A stretch of DNA of 64,000 bases from Blastocatellia bacterium (lineage in GTDB: Bacteria > Acidobacteriota > Blastocatellia > UBA7656). Positions 1 through 9,179 of the stretch are shown one piece after another. The stretch covers positions 160,001 through 224,000 of the forward strand of contig CAVXWP010000008.1 of NCBI GenBank assembly GCA_963765495.1, in the 5' to 3' direction. The position numbers were made by a program, and so were the translations under genes. The stretch's first letter is position 1; every line of letters starts with the position of its first letter. The notes under the pieces are model-generated. The model saw only the letters and a program-made list of their open reading frames with translations. It did not search any database and was not told the DNA's origin.

Positions 1-2
1 TT

Positions 3-830
3 GGAGAGATAAGAGCGCGTGTGAACATCCTGCCGCTTGGAGCCGGGGCGCTCGCGGGCACAGGGTTCCCACTCGACCGCGAGATGGTAGCGCGTAGGTT
101 AGGCTTTGACGCCGTTTCCGCTAACAGTCTGGACGCCGTGAGCGACCGCGATTTCGTGATCGAACTGGTTGCTGCCGCCGCGCTCGTTATGGTTCACATC
201 AGCCGCATGGCCGAAGACCTGATAATCTATTCTTCCTCGGAGTTCGCCTTTATAGAGCTATCGGATGCTGTTTCAACCGGGTCTTCATTGATGCCTCAGA
301 AGAAGAACCCTGATTCGCTGGAACTGATTCGCGGCAAGGCGGGTCGCATATTCGGTCACAACGCGGCTTTGCTCGCTACGATGAAGGGGTTGCCGCTGGC
401 CTACAACAAGGACATGCAGGAAGACAAGGAAGCATTATTTGACACGCTCGATACTCTTCAAGGTTCGCTTGGCGTGATGACTACCGTGTTGCGAAATATC
501 AGAGTGAATGAAGAGCGAATGCGCGCAGCCGCTTTGAGCGGGTACTCGAACGCAACCGATCTTGCGGATTATCTTGTCAGATGCGGGCTCGAATTTCGAA
601 TCGCTCACGAAGTCGTCGGCCGGGTTGTAGGCTACGCTATTGGGGAAGGCAGGTCTTTGAGTGAATTGAGGTTGGAAGAGTACAGGCGGTTTTCTGAGTT
701 GTTTGATGACACTTTGTTTGAGGCGATAAGGCTGGAATCGTCGCTTGCGAGCAAATCGGTGACTGGCGGTACGTCGCCTGAGAGGGTGAGCGAGGCGCTC
801 GTCAGGGCAAGGAATGAGTTGAGCCGTTGA
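3..830 (+). CDS. argH: argininosuccinate lyase, 5'-truncated by window edge
   Basis: Frame open from nt 3; PLGAGALAG, NSLDAVSDRD, fumarase-family signature GSSLMPQKKNPD, GLPLAYNKDMQEDKE. Confidence 0.95.
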   Translation, partial: GEIRARVNILPLGAGALAGTGFPLDREMVARRLGFDAVSANSLDAVSDRDFVIELVAAAALVMVHISRMAEDLIIYSSSEFAFIELSDAVSTGSSLMPQKKNPDSLELIRGKAGRIFGHNAALLATMKGLPLAYNKDMQEDKEALFDTLDTLQGSLGVMTTVLRNIRVNEERMRAAALSGYSNATDLADYLVRCGLEFRIAHEVVGRVVGYAIGEGRSLSELRLEEYRRFSELFDDTLFEAIRLESSLASKSVTGGTSPERVSEALVRARNELSR

Positions 831-842
831 TCCTATTAAAGA

Positions 843-891
843 AATTTGAAATAGGCCGCGGATGCCGCGGATGCGGCGGATTTTCGCGGAT
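843..891. repeat. left arm of 49-bp inverted repeat flanking GxxExxY gene
   Basis: aatttgaaataggccgcggatgccgcggatgcggcggattttcgcggat is the reverse complement of 1350-1398 with one mismatch. Confidence 0.95.
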
Positions 892-915
892 CTGATCATG
901 TCTTCAAAGACATGG

Positions 916-1308
916 TCATGAGCAGCTCAAACTCTTCTTGGCATTTGTAAAAACTCTGCGCCGGAATTCAGGCATTGGCCCAAAGTTGAGCAATAGACCA
1001 ATCTCAATTTCTGTTGCTTTCAAATAATTCACCAACTGAGCTTCGTGGGCCTCGCAAATCACATCGGCTACTTTTAACTCCAAAATCACTATGTCTGCAA
1101 CCACTATATCAGCATAGTATTCGCCCACGAGTTGTCCTTGATAGTGAACCTTTATAGGCTGCTGCTGTCTGGCGGGTAGTCCTAATTTCCGCAATTCCAG
1201 TGTCAGAGCATTCTCATAGACCTTTTCGAGAAATCCATATCCCAAGGAGTTGTATGTTCTAAAGAAAGCCTTGATAATCCGGTCTGTCAGGTCTCTTTGC
1301 ACAAGCAT
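916..1308 (-). CDS. GxxExxY family protein (PD-(D/E)XK nuclease-like)
   Basis: 130 aa; GFLEKVY, YYADIVV..ILELK, QLVNYLKAT..GLLLNFG; aggagg RBS upstream. Confidence 0.93.
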   Translation of the reverse strand: MLVQRDLTDRIIKAFFRTYNSLGYGFLEKVYENALTLELRKLGLPARQQQPIKVHYQGQLVGEYYADIVVADIVILELKVADVICEAHEAQLVNYLKATEIEIGLLLNFGPMPEFRRRVFTNAKKSLSCS

Positions 1309-1349
1309 AAATCCCTCCTGAACGTCTACAAGTGACGCAGAGACGACTA

Positions 1350-1398
1350 ATCCGCGAAAATCCGCCGCATCCGCGTCATCCGCGGCCTATTTCAAATT
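1350..1398. repeat. right arm of 49-bp inverted repeat flanking GxxExxY gene
   Basis: atccgcgaaaatccgccgcatccgcgtcatccgcggcctatttcaaatt. Confidence 0.95.
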
Positions 1399-1428
1399 GC
1401 ACACCTGGGATTTAAGGAAAAAATGAAG

Positions 1429-1472
1429 TAGACGGAACGGGCCATCCTACAAAGGCCGACCCGTTCCGTCTA
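1429..1472 (-). terminator. hairpin, probable intrinsic terminator of the BNR-repeat gene
   Basis: tagacggaacggg / cccgttccgtcta arms just past the stop; T-rich run follows on the minus strand. Confidence 0.6.
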
Positions 1473-1474
1473 TC

Positions 1475-4400
1475 TTAGCGAGGCACCTCAATGGGTTTGC
1501 CCGCGAGCAGTGTCGGGACATTATTCTGTCTGAGCTTTTCATTCCATCCGGCGACCGTCTTGCTCAAAAAGTTGTTCACATCCGCAAGCGTTTTCTGTAA
1601 CTCGGTTTGAAGCGATGTGAAGTACTCTTTCTGAGCCGGCGTAGGCGCGGCGTTCGTGCTGTCTATTGTGAAAAACAGCGAACCAATTTTATCGACCAGA
1701 CGCGGCCCGCTCCCCAGATCGTCGTCGTCACTTTCGCCCGCCCGCGCCAGACGGTCAATCATGTCATTCACCTGCTTTTTGTAATCTGCAAACGCCTTCT
1801 TCAAATCCTCCGGCGCATCGGGCATCTGATCCTTGACGGTCTTTTCCCGCTGGCCGAGTTGCTCGCTTATACTGTCGAGTGCGTGCAAGGCGTCGTTTCC
1901 AGCTGACTGCATGTCGCGCAGCTTCATCGCGTAATCGAATGTTGATTCGAGCGCGGTTGTCTCTACCTGTACCGTGGGATCGAGGCGAACCTCCACGCGT
2001 TTTTCTACGGACTTATCCCCGACCATCAATTTTACGGTGTAGGTTCCCGGCAAGGCGCGGGCTCCTCGTGGCCCGCCGAAAAAGCTGTCCTGCTCCTCAC
2101 CGCTCGGCGGGCGGCGCTGGTGCGCGCCTTCATAGCTCAGGTTCCACGACGCGCGGTTCATTCCTTTCTCTTTCGAAACCTTCTCAATTTCGCGTATCAC
2201 CTTGCCTTTTTGGTCGAGAATCTGAATCTTCACTTTAGTCTTATCGTCGGGCTTCTCCTTCAAATAGTAAGTGATCAGCGCGCCGTAGGCCGGGTTCGGC
2301 CCCGTAAAGACCGCATCGGCTATGCCGTATCTCGTGAATCTTGTCGTATATCGCAGGGCCGGGCGTATGTCGAACATATATAAATCGCTGTTCAACACAT
2401 CGGCGCTCGCCTGCTGGATGGGGGTGGCATCATCGAGTATCCAGACGCTCCGCCCGTGCGTGGCCAGTATCAAATCGTTCTCTCGCGGATGAATGTATAT
2501 GTCGTGAACCGCTACCGTAGGCAGGTTCTTCAGATTGAGCGAAACCCACTCTTTGCCACCCGTATAGGAAGCAAAAAGGCCAAGCTCCGTACCCGCATAA
2601 ATCAGATTGGTGTTCTTCGGGTCTTCGCGCACTACCCAGACATATGCGCCTTCGGGCAGATTGCCCGATATGTCGGTCCAGTTCTTTCCGCTGTCGGTTG
2701 TCTTGTAGATGTAGGGCTTGAAGTCATCAAGCATGTGGCGGTCGAATGAAACGTATGCCGTGTCGGCGCTTGTGCGTGAAGGCTCTACGTGCGAGATCAA
2801 AGGCGCTGTGCCCAATCCCTTTACGTTGCGCACAAGATTGTTCCACGTCTGTCCCGCGTCGGTGGTCAGTTGCAGGTTGCCGTCATCGGTGCCCGCCCAG
2901 ATCATCCCCTTTTTCACGGGAGATTCGGCTATGCTGATTATCGTGTTGTTATATTCGGCGGCTGTGTTTTCAATTGAGACAGGTCCGCCCGCGTTCTTCT
3001 GCTTTTCGGGATCATTAGTAGTCAGGTCCCCGCTTATCTTCTGCCACGTCCTGCCGAAATCCGTAGACTTGAACAAGACATTTCCGCCCAGATAGACCGT
3101 GTTCTTATCGTGCGACGAGATGTGTATGGGCGCGTTCCAGTTAAAGCGGTATTTCGCATTGCTTGCCGGGCCTCCCCCGTCTTCGGCTGCCGGGGTGATG
3201 GATTGCTGCTCGCGGTTCTGCATATCGGTTAACACGATGCTGCCGCCCTGCGCTTCGGAAATGTAGAGGTCGGGATTGTCGGGATGGTTGTACATATAAA
3301 ACCCGTCGCCGAAACTCACCATCCGCCAGTCATCGTTTAATATCCCGGCAGGCTCGCGTGTGCGGCTGGGTCCGGTCCAGCTACCGTTGTCTTGCAGACC
3401 GCCCATTACATAATAAAAAGGCTGCCGGTTGTCGGCGTAGATCTGGTAGAACTGCCCAAGCGGCATGTTGTTCACATATTGCCAGGTCTCGCCCTTATTG
3501 TGAGAGACGGCTACGCCACCGTCCTGCCCCTGCCACATGTAATTCGGGTCCTTCGGATCAATCCAGAAGGCGTGATAATCAACGTGCGTGCGCGTAGACA
3601 TGGGCTTGAAAGTGTGCCCTCCGTCAATCGACAGATAGAGGGTTGAGGCTACGCCGTAGACCCGGTTCTCGTCTGTAGGGTCAACTCTCACCCGCGTGTA
3701 ATAAAACCCGCGCTGAACAATGCGCTGATCTTTTGACACCTGTTTGAATGTCTCGCCTTTGTCATCGGAACGGTAAAGCGATCCTTCCTTTGATTCGACT
3801 ATGGCATAAACGACATTCGGATTGCTGGGCGCGGCACGCACTCCGATGCGGCCAAGCAGTTTTGGCAACCCTTCGGTGATCTTCTTCCACGTGCGCCCGC
3901 CGTCGATGGATTTGTAGAGGCCGCCTTTTTCGCCGCCGCTTTCAAACGTCCAGGGCTTGCGCAAAAAATGCCACATCCCGGCGTAAAGTATATTCGGATT
4001 TTCCGGGTCCATAGCCAGATCGCTCACGCCGTGTTCCGGGTCGATATAGAGCGTCTTTTGCCAGGACTTGCCTCCGTCAGTGGTCATAAAGACCCCGCGC
4101 TCCGGGTTTGGGCCAAAGGCGTGGCCGAGCGCGCCGACATAGACCGTGTTCGGGTCGCGAGGGCTGACGATGATGGCAGAAATGCGTTCGGTCTCTTTCA
4201 ATCCCATGTGTTGCCAGGACTTGCCTCCGTCGTTTGATCTGTAGACGCCGTCGCCGAAAGAGACGCTATTTCGAACGTTCGTTTCACCCGTGCCTGCCCA
4301 GATCACATCCGAGTTGTTCGGGTCTACGGCGAGATCGCCTATCGAAATCGTCCCCTGTCGCTCAAAGATTGGGGTCCAACTCATGCCGCCGTTTGTGGTC

Positions 4401-4660
4401 TTCCATATCCCGCCCGAAGCCGTGCCTACGTAAACCAGATTGGGATTTCCGGCAACGCCTTCGACATCGGCGGTGCGACCGCCCATATTGGCCGGGCCTA
4501 TCGAGCGCCATTCGAGGTGTTCGAAGGCTTTGACATCGATGGCCCCGTTCTTTGAATCGTTTTCGGCGTGACGTTGTGCAAGGGAAGTGAGCGGCATGCT
4601 GTAGAGGAAAGCCGCTATTAGGACGACGTACCTTACCTGGCGCAATCGGTGAATACGCAT
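1475..4660 (-). CDS. secreted VPS10/sortilin-like BNR (Asp-box) repeat glycosyl hydrolase-like protein
   Basis: Signal peptide; WRSIGPANMGGR; many S/T-x-D-G-G-x-S/T-W Asp-boxes; C-terminal helical region. Confidence 0.85.
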   Translation of the reverse strand: MRIHRLRQVRYVVLIAAFLYSMPLTSLAQRHAENDSKNGAIDVKAFEHLEWRSIGPANMGGRTADVEGVAGNPNLVYVGTASGGIWKTTNGGMSWTPIFERQGTISIGDLAVDPNNSDVIWAGTGETNVRNSVSFGDGVYRSNDGGKSWQHMGLKETERISAIIVSPRDPNTVYVGALGHAFGPNPERGVFMTTDGGKSWQKTLYIDPEHGVSDLAMDPENPNILYAGMWHFLRKPWTFESGGEKGGLYKSIDGGRTWKKITEGLPKLLGRIGVRAAPSNPNVVYAIVESKEGSLYRSDDKGETFKQVSKDQRIVQRGFYYTRVRVDPTDENRVYGVASTLYLSIDGGHTFKPMSTRTHVDYHAFWIDPKDPNYMWQGQDGGVAVSHNKGETWQYVNNMPLGQFYQIYADNRQPFYYVMGGLQDNGSWTGPSRTREPAGILNDDWRMVSFGDGFYMYNHPDNPDLYISEAQGGSIVLTDMQNREQQSITPAAEDGGGPASNAKYRFNWNAPIHISSHDKNTVYLGGNVLFKSTDFGRTWQKISGDLTTNDPEKQKNAGGPVSIENTAAEYNNTIISIAESPVKKGMIWAGTDDGNLQLTTDAGQTWNNLVRNVKGLGTAPLISHVEPSRTSADTAYVSFDRHMLDDFKPYIYKTTDSGKNWTDISGNLPEGAYVWVVREDPKNTNLIYAGTELGLFASYTGGKEWVSLNLKNLPTVAVHDIYIHPRENDLILATHGRSVWILDDATPIQQASADVLNSDLYMFDIRPALRYTTRFTRYGIADAVFTGPNPAYGALITYYLKEKPDDKTKVKIQILDQKGKVIREIEKVSKEKGMNRASWNLSYEGAHQRRPPSGEEQDSFFGGPRGARALPGTYTVKLMVGDKSVEKRVEVRLDPTVQVETTALESTFDYAMKLRDMQSAGNDALHALDSISEQLGQREKTVKDQMPDAPEDLKKAFADYKKQVNDMIDRLARAGESDDDDLGSGPRLVDKIGSLFFTIDSTNAAPTPAQKEYFTSLQTELQKTLADVNNFLSKTVAGWNEKLRQNNVPTLLAGKPIEVPR

Positions 4661-4783
4661 TGTCTACCTCCTGAAAGAGATTATCCGAATAAACAGCTTG
4701 CGTCGAAGGTGAAGAATAAACCACCACACAGCCCTCCGTCCAACAGGCCCGCGTCAGAAAAGGGAGGCGGTCAAATGAAGGTA

Positions 4784-4885
4784 ATGCGTGATGCGTGAAG
4801 AGTGAGAAAGAATTAGACCGGGTTGACAAGATTTAATGGATATTTAAAATCCTCATCTCTGGGAATCTTGTTAATCCTGTCAAAA
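4784..4885. repeat. intergenic short-repeat cluster (ATGCGTG units plus GACAAGATT / AATCCTGTC inverted pair)
   Basis: atgcgtgatgcgtga at 4784; ttgacaagatttaa ... ttaatcctgtcaa. Confidence 0.6.
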
Positions 4886-4899
4886 AAGACTGCGACGTT

Positions 4900-5793
4900 T
4901 CAGGCATCCCCGGTGATCATCGTTCCCGCGCCTTCATTGGTGAAGACTTCATAAAGCAGCGCGTTTCGCTTCGAGCCGTTGATGATATGGGCGCTGCGGA
5001 CTCCTCTTCGAATCAGGCGGGCGATGGCAGCAATCTTGGGAAGCATCCCAGATGAGACAACCCGTTCCGCGACGAGGCGTTCGGCCTCTTCGACGGTCAG
5101 CCGGGAAATCCTGCTCGAAGGGTCATCGCGGTCGAGGAGGATGCCGTCTACATCGGTCATCATGATGAGCTTTTCAGCTTTGAGGTGAGCGGCTATTTCG
5201 GCGGCAATCGTGTCGGCGTTGATGTTATAAATATTGCCCTGCTCGTCTGCGCCAAGCGAAGAGATCACGGGGATATAAGCGTTTTCAATCAGCAGTTGAG
5301 GCAGGCGGGTGTTGATCTCGACTATGTCGCCGACGTGGCCGAAGTCCACGGTTTCGACCTCGCCCGTTTCTTGATTCAACACGTTTTGAATCTCGCGTCT
5401 GCGGGCCTGAATAATATTGCCGTCAACACCCGACAGCCCCACCGTTTCTGCCCCCGCCCCGCGAAGCGCCGAGAGTATATCCAGGTTGATCTGTCCGGCG
5501 AAGACCATCTTTGCTATTTCGAGAGTTTCCCGATCAGTCACGCGCCTGCCGTTTACAATGCGTTGAGCTACACCCAGCCGCTCGGCAACCGTTGTGAGTT
5601 GCTTGCCCCCGCCATGTATTACCGCTACGAGAATGCCTACCTGCTGACAGAGCGTAATCTCTTCGGCGAGCGAGGAGAGTTGATCCGGGTTTTCAGTGAT
5701 CTTGCCGCTCAGCTTCACGACAAAGATTTTCTTCTTGAATCGCTGAATGTAGGGCAGCGCCTCGCGCAGCAGGTCTAATCTTTCGCTGATCAT
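4900..5793 (-). CDS. argB: acetylglutamate kinase
   Basis: LREALPYI, VIHGGG, GRRVTD, NINADT, GMLPKI; start reset to MISERL because the longer ORF's extension is repeat-derived. Confidence 0.93.
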   Translation of the reverse strand: MISERLDLLREALPYIQRFKKKIFVVKLSGKITENPDQLSSLAEEITLCQQVGILVAVIHGGGKQLTTVAERLGVAQRIVNGRRVTDRETLEIAKMVFAGQINLDILSALRGAGAETVGLSGVDGNIIQARRREIQNVLNQETGEVETVDFGHVGDIVEINTRLPQLLIENAYIPVISSLGADEQGNIYNINADTIAAEIAAHLKAEKLIMMTDVDGILLDRDDPSSRISRLTVEEAERLVAERVVSSGMLPKIAAIARLIRRGVRSAHIINGSKRNALLYEVFTNEGAGTMITGDA

Positions 5794-5807
5794 AATTTTG
5801 TGATTAG

Positions 5808-5886
5808 TGATGCGTGAATCGTGATGCGTGATCGGTTGTCTCAATTCAAAGCGTCTCTCCGGTCACGAATCACGATTCACGCATCA
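5808..5886. repeat. REP-like inverted pair of GATGCGT heptamer repeats
   Basis: tgatgcgtgaatcgtgat ... atcacgattcacgcatca; overlaps the argF' stop codon. Confidence 0.85.
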
Positions 5887-6894
5887 TCCCAGTATCGAGG
5901 CCAGCACGGCCTTTTGCACGTGCAGGCGGTTTTCGGCCTCGTCAATGCTCGCGTTGGTCGGCCCGTCGAGCACGCCGTCGGTCACTACTACGTTGCGGCG
6001 CACGGGCAAACAATGCATAAACCAGCCGTTACGGGTCGAACGCATCGCTTCTTCGTCTATCCGCCAGTGACGATACTTCTGGCGCAGGCTGATGTCCATA
6101 TCCGCGCGCCCGTAGAAATCCTTCCCGCCCCAGCTTTTTGCATAAACAATTTGAGCGCCTGTCACGGCTTCTGTGAAATCGCGCGAAATCTGTACACGCC
6201 CTCCGCTCGCATCAGCCGCAGTTTGGATCTCTGCCATCGCATCCGAGCCGAGATCATATTCGGGAGGGCAGGCGATTGTGAGATCGAGCCCGAACTGGGC
6301 CGCCACCAGCGCAAACGAATTAGGCACAGCCATAGGCAGAGGTTTTGGATGATATGCCCACGAAAGGACTACGGGTTGGCTGGCCAGGTCGCCAAGTTTT
6401 TCGCGTATGGTCATAATATCGGCCAGCGCCTGAAACGGATGATGACGCGATGATTCGAGATTAAAGACAGGCACATCGCTGTATCTGGCAAATCCTCGCA
6501 CTACCAGATCGGCCGATTCATGCTCGTAGTCGAGCATCTCTGGAAAGGCCCGGACGCCGATTGCCGCCACATAGCGCGAAAGCACCCTCGCGGCTTCCTT
6601 GATGTGCTCGGTTTTGTCCGCGTCCATCACTACGCCTTCGCGGTATTCCAGGCTCCACGAGCCCTTGCCTACGTCGAGCGTCACAGCGTTGCCGCCCAGA
6701 TCGTAAACGGCTATCTCCATCGACGCGCGCGTTCGCAGAGAAGGGTTGAAGAAGACGAGCGCCACACTGCGTCCGGCAAGCACTCGCTCGGCGTGCTCAC
6801 CGGCTTTGAACCTCGCGGCCAGGTCGATGAGCGAGGTCAACTCTCCGCGAGTGAAATCTGCCGTGCTGAGAAAATCTTTCTCTTTGATATTCAT
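5884..6894 (-). CDS. argF: N-acetyl/N-succinyl-ornithine carbamoyltransferase (ArgF' type)
   Basis: FFNPSLRTR, HPFQALAD, WAYHPKPLP (AOTCase/SOTCase-type loop), MHCLPVRR. Confidence 0.9.
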   Translation of the reverse strand: MNIKEKDFLSTADFTRGELTSLIDLAARFKAGEHAERVLAGRSVALVFFNPSLRTRASMEIAVYDLGGNAVTLDVGKGSWSLEYREGVVMDADKTEHIKEAARVLSRYVAAIGVRAFPEMLDYEHESADLVVRGFARYSDVPVFNLESSRHHPFQALADIMTIREKLGDLASQPVVLSWAYHPKPLPMAVPNSFALVAAQFGLDLTIACPPEYDLGSDAMAEIQTAADASGGRVQISRDFTEAVTGAQIVYAKSWGGKDFYGRADMDISLRQKYRHWRIDEEAMRSTRNGWFMHCLPVRRNVVVTDGVLDGPTNASIDEAENRLHVQKAVLASILG

Positions 6895-6933
6895 TGGCGT
6901 GAACGAATCTCCAATGTATCGACCTCTTATGAT

Positions 6934-8112
6934 TTAAGCGCTGATCGCTGACAGTTCATCAAGAAACAAATCTATTTCGGGCCGGCGAAGTGTGAGCGGC
7001 GGCAGAAGTCTCAGAACGCTTATGTCGTCGGCAAGCCCGGTGATGATCTTGCGCTCAAGCAAACCCTGCTGAAACGGTTTTGCGTTGCCGCTTTTGAATT
7101 TGATACCGATCAGATAGCCGAGTCCTCTGGTCTCTTCTACCGAGGGAAGCTCTCTCAGCTTTGCAAAAAGATATTCGGAATTAGCGCGGACGTTTTCAAG
7201 CAATCGCTCGTCAAGGATTACATCAATCGTGGCCTCGAGCGCGGCTGAAGCAAGCGGCCCTCCGCCGAATGTGGTCCCGAGGTCGCCAGTCTTGATTTCT
7301 CCCGCTATCTCTTCGGTCACGAGAAGCGCACCCATCGGCACTCCGCTCGCAATGCCTTTCGCCATTGTGACCATATCCGGCAAGATACCGAAACGGCCCG
7401 CAAAAAAGAACTCGCCCGTCCGCCCCATCCCCGTCTGTACTTCGTCGTAGATGAGCATCGAGCCTCTCTTATCGCAAAGCTCGCGAAGTGATTTATAGAA
7501 ATCGGGACCGGCCATTCGAGCGCCGCCCATCGATTGAACAGGCTCAAGGATCACCCCGGCAGTTTCGTCATCAACGAGTTCCGCAATCGCCTCGATGTCG
7601 CCAAACGGCGCGTATACGTGGCCTTCAAGCAAAGGCGATACGCCCTCGCGGTATTTCGGCAGCCCCGTAGCCGAAAGCGACCCCGGCGTGCGTCCGTGAA
7701 ATCCGCCTTCGAACGAGATCATCTTTATCCGGCCCGTGAGCTTTCGCGCGATCTTCATCGCGTTTTCATTCGCCTCTGTGCCCGAGTTGACGAAGAAAAC
7801 CTTTGTGAAAATTTCGGGTGAAATCTCGACAAGTTTCTTTGCGGCGCGCGCGCGAACATCGTTGTAAACAAGATTGGAATAGAAGATCAATCGCCCGGCC
7901 TGCTCGGCTATCGCGCGAACTACGCGGGGGTGCGAGTGACCCGTGGATACGACCGCATGCCCGCCGTACAAATCCAGATAACGGTCGCCTTCTTCGGTCG
8001 TGACCCAGACATCTGTGCCGCTTTCGATGGCGAAAGGGAATTTCTTGTAGGTCGCCACCTGATATCGCTCTTCCATTTCCAGTATGGATTCTCGTTCAAG
8101 CTGTGTAGTCAA
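6934..8112 (-). CDS. argD: acetylornithine aminotransferase
   Basis: NSGTEANE, FHGRT, DEVQTGMGRTG, PLP lysine in MAKGIASG; arg operon context. Confidence 0.92.
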   Translation of the reverse strand: MTTQLERESILEMEERYQVATYKKFPFAIESGTDVWVTTEEGDRYLDLYGGHAVVSTGHSHPRVVRAIAEQAGRLIFYSNLVYNDVRARAAKKLVEISPEIFTKVFFVNSGTEANENAMKIARKLTGRIKMISFEGGFHGRTPGSLSATGLPKYREGVSPLLEGHVYAPFGDIEAIAELVDDETAGVILEPVQSMGGARMAGPDFYKSLRELCDKRGSMLIYDEVQTGMGRTGEFFFAGRFGILPDMVTMAKGIASGVPMGALLVTEEIAGEIKTGDLGTTFGGGPLASAALEATIDVILDERLLENVRANSEYLFAKLRELPSVEETRGLGYLIGIKFKSGNAKPFQQGLLERKIITGLADDISVLRLLPPLTLRRPEIDLFLDELSAISA

Positions 8113-8147
8113 TTCGACACCTCTTTATCAACACAAGCGCTATCAAT

Positions 8148-9179
8148 TCACGGATTCGTTCCTGCCAGTTGCAGCCCTGCTCGTTCTTCCAGGCCGAACA
8201 TCAGATTCATATTTTGCACGGCCTGTCCGGCTGCGCCCTTTACCAGATTGTCGAGCGCCACAAATACAATTACCGTGTCGCCGTTTGCCGCCCAGCCTAT
8301 GTCTACAAAATTCGTACCCTTTACACAGTTAATGTCAGGCGATCCGTTCACAAGGCGTATGAAGAACTCATCGCCGTAATACTCGTTTAATAACTGGCCC
8401 ACCTGATCGCGTGTGGTCGGCTCTTTCACGCTTATGTAGATCGAAGCGAAGATGCCTCGCACGGTCGGGATCGAATGGGTTTGAAAAACCAGGCTGCCCG
8501 TCGCCGGCCATTCGGGGTTGATCGAGTCGAGCAGTTGCTCGACTTCGGGTTGATGCTGATGCTCAAAAACCTTGTAGGCATAAAAACTATTGGCCCGCTT
8601 CGGATGATGAGTGTTGGCCGCAGGTTTTGCGCCGGAGCCTGACGAGCCGGTCTTCAAATCGGCGATGATCTTTCCCGTCGCAAGACCTGTCGCTACAAAG
8701 GGATAGAGGCCGAGTTCGAGCGCGGTCGCAAAACATCCGGGATTCGCGATTCGATTGGCCTGTTTGATCCGGCTGCGATTTACTTCACTCAGGCCGTAGA
8801 CAAATTCCTTTTGAATCCCGATAGCCGTATGATCGCGACCGTAAAACTGCTTGAAAGTATCGGCATCGCTCAGGCGAAAATCGCCCGACAGATCTATGAG
8901 CTTTACACTCGAAGGCACGGCGGGGGCTATCTCCATAGCCTGCCCGTGAGGCAGAGCAAGAAAGACGCAATCGAGCCCTCCGAGTTCGCGCGGGTCGGGC
9001 ATCGCCTCAAATGACAGGTCAGTGAGCTTCGAAAGATTTGGATGAACCGCATCGACTCGCTTGCCCGCGTGCTCGCCCGCCGTGACCCTTCGTATATTCG
9101 CCTCGGGATGAAAAAGCAGGATGCGAAGAAGCTCGCTTCCGCCGTACCCCGATCCACCCAGTATGCCTACATTGACCAC
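8148..9179 (-). CDS. argC: N-acetyl-gamma-glutamyl-phosphate reductase
   Basis: GGSGYGG, LALPHG, IDLSGDFRL, IANPGCF, DNLVKGAAGQAVQNMN. Confidence 0.95.
   Translation of the reverse strand: MVNVGILGGSGYGGSELLRILLFHPEANIRRVTAGEHAGKRVDAVHPNLSKLTDLSFEAMPDPRELGGLDCVFLALPHGQAMEIAPAVPSSVKLIDLSGDFRLSDADTFKQFYGRDHTAIGIQKEFVYGLSEVNRSRIKQANRIANPGCFATALELGLYPFVATGLATGKIIADLKTGSSGSGAKPAANTHHPKRANSFYAYKVFEHQHQPEVEQLLDSINPEWPATGSLVFQTHSIPTVRGIFASIYISVKEPTTRDQVGQLLNEYYGDEFFIRLVNGSPDINCVKGTNFVDIGWAANGDTVIVFVALDNLVKGAAGQAVQNMNLMFGLEERAGLQLAGTNP

Noticed and set aside
435-899. 154-aa antisense ORF over argH, and many similar shadow ORFs
   Set aside because: Antisense or alternate-frame to well-supported genes with no motifs; this one begins in the inverted repeat
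5794-5844. N-terminal extension of the argB ORF (MRQPITHHDSRITNHKI)
   Set aside because: It is the translation of the GATGCGT repeat; homology starts at MISERL
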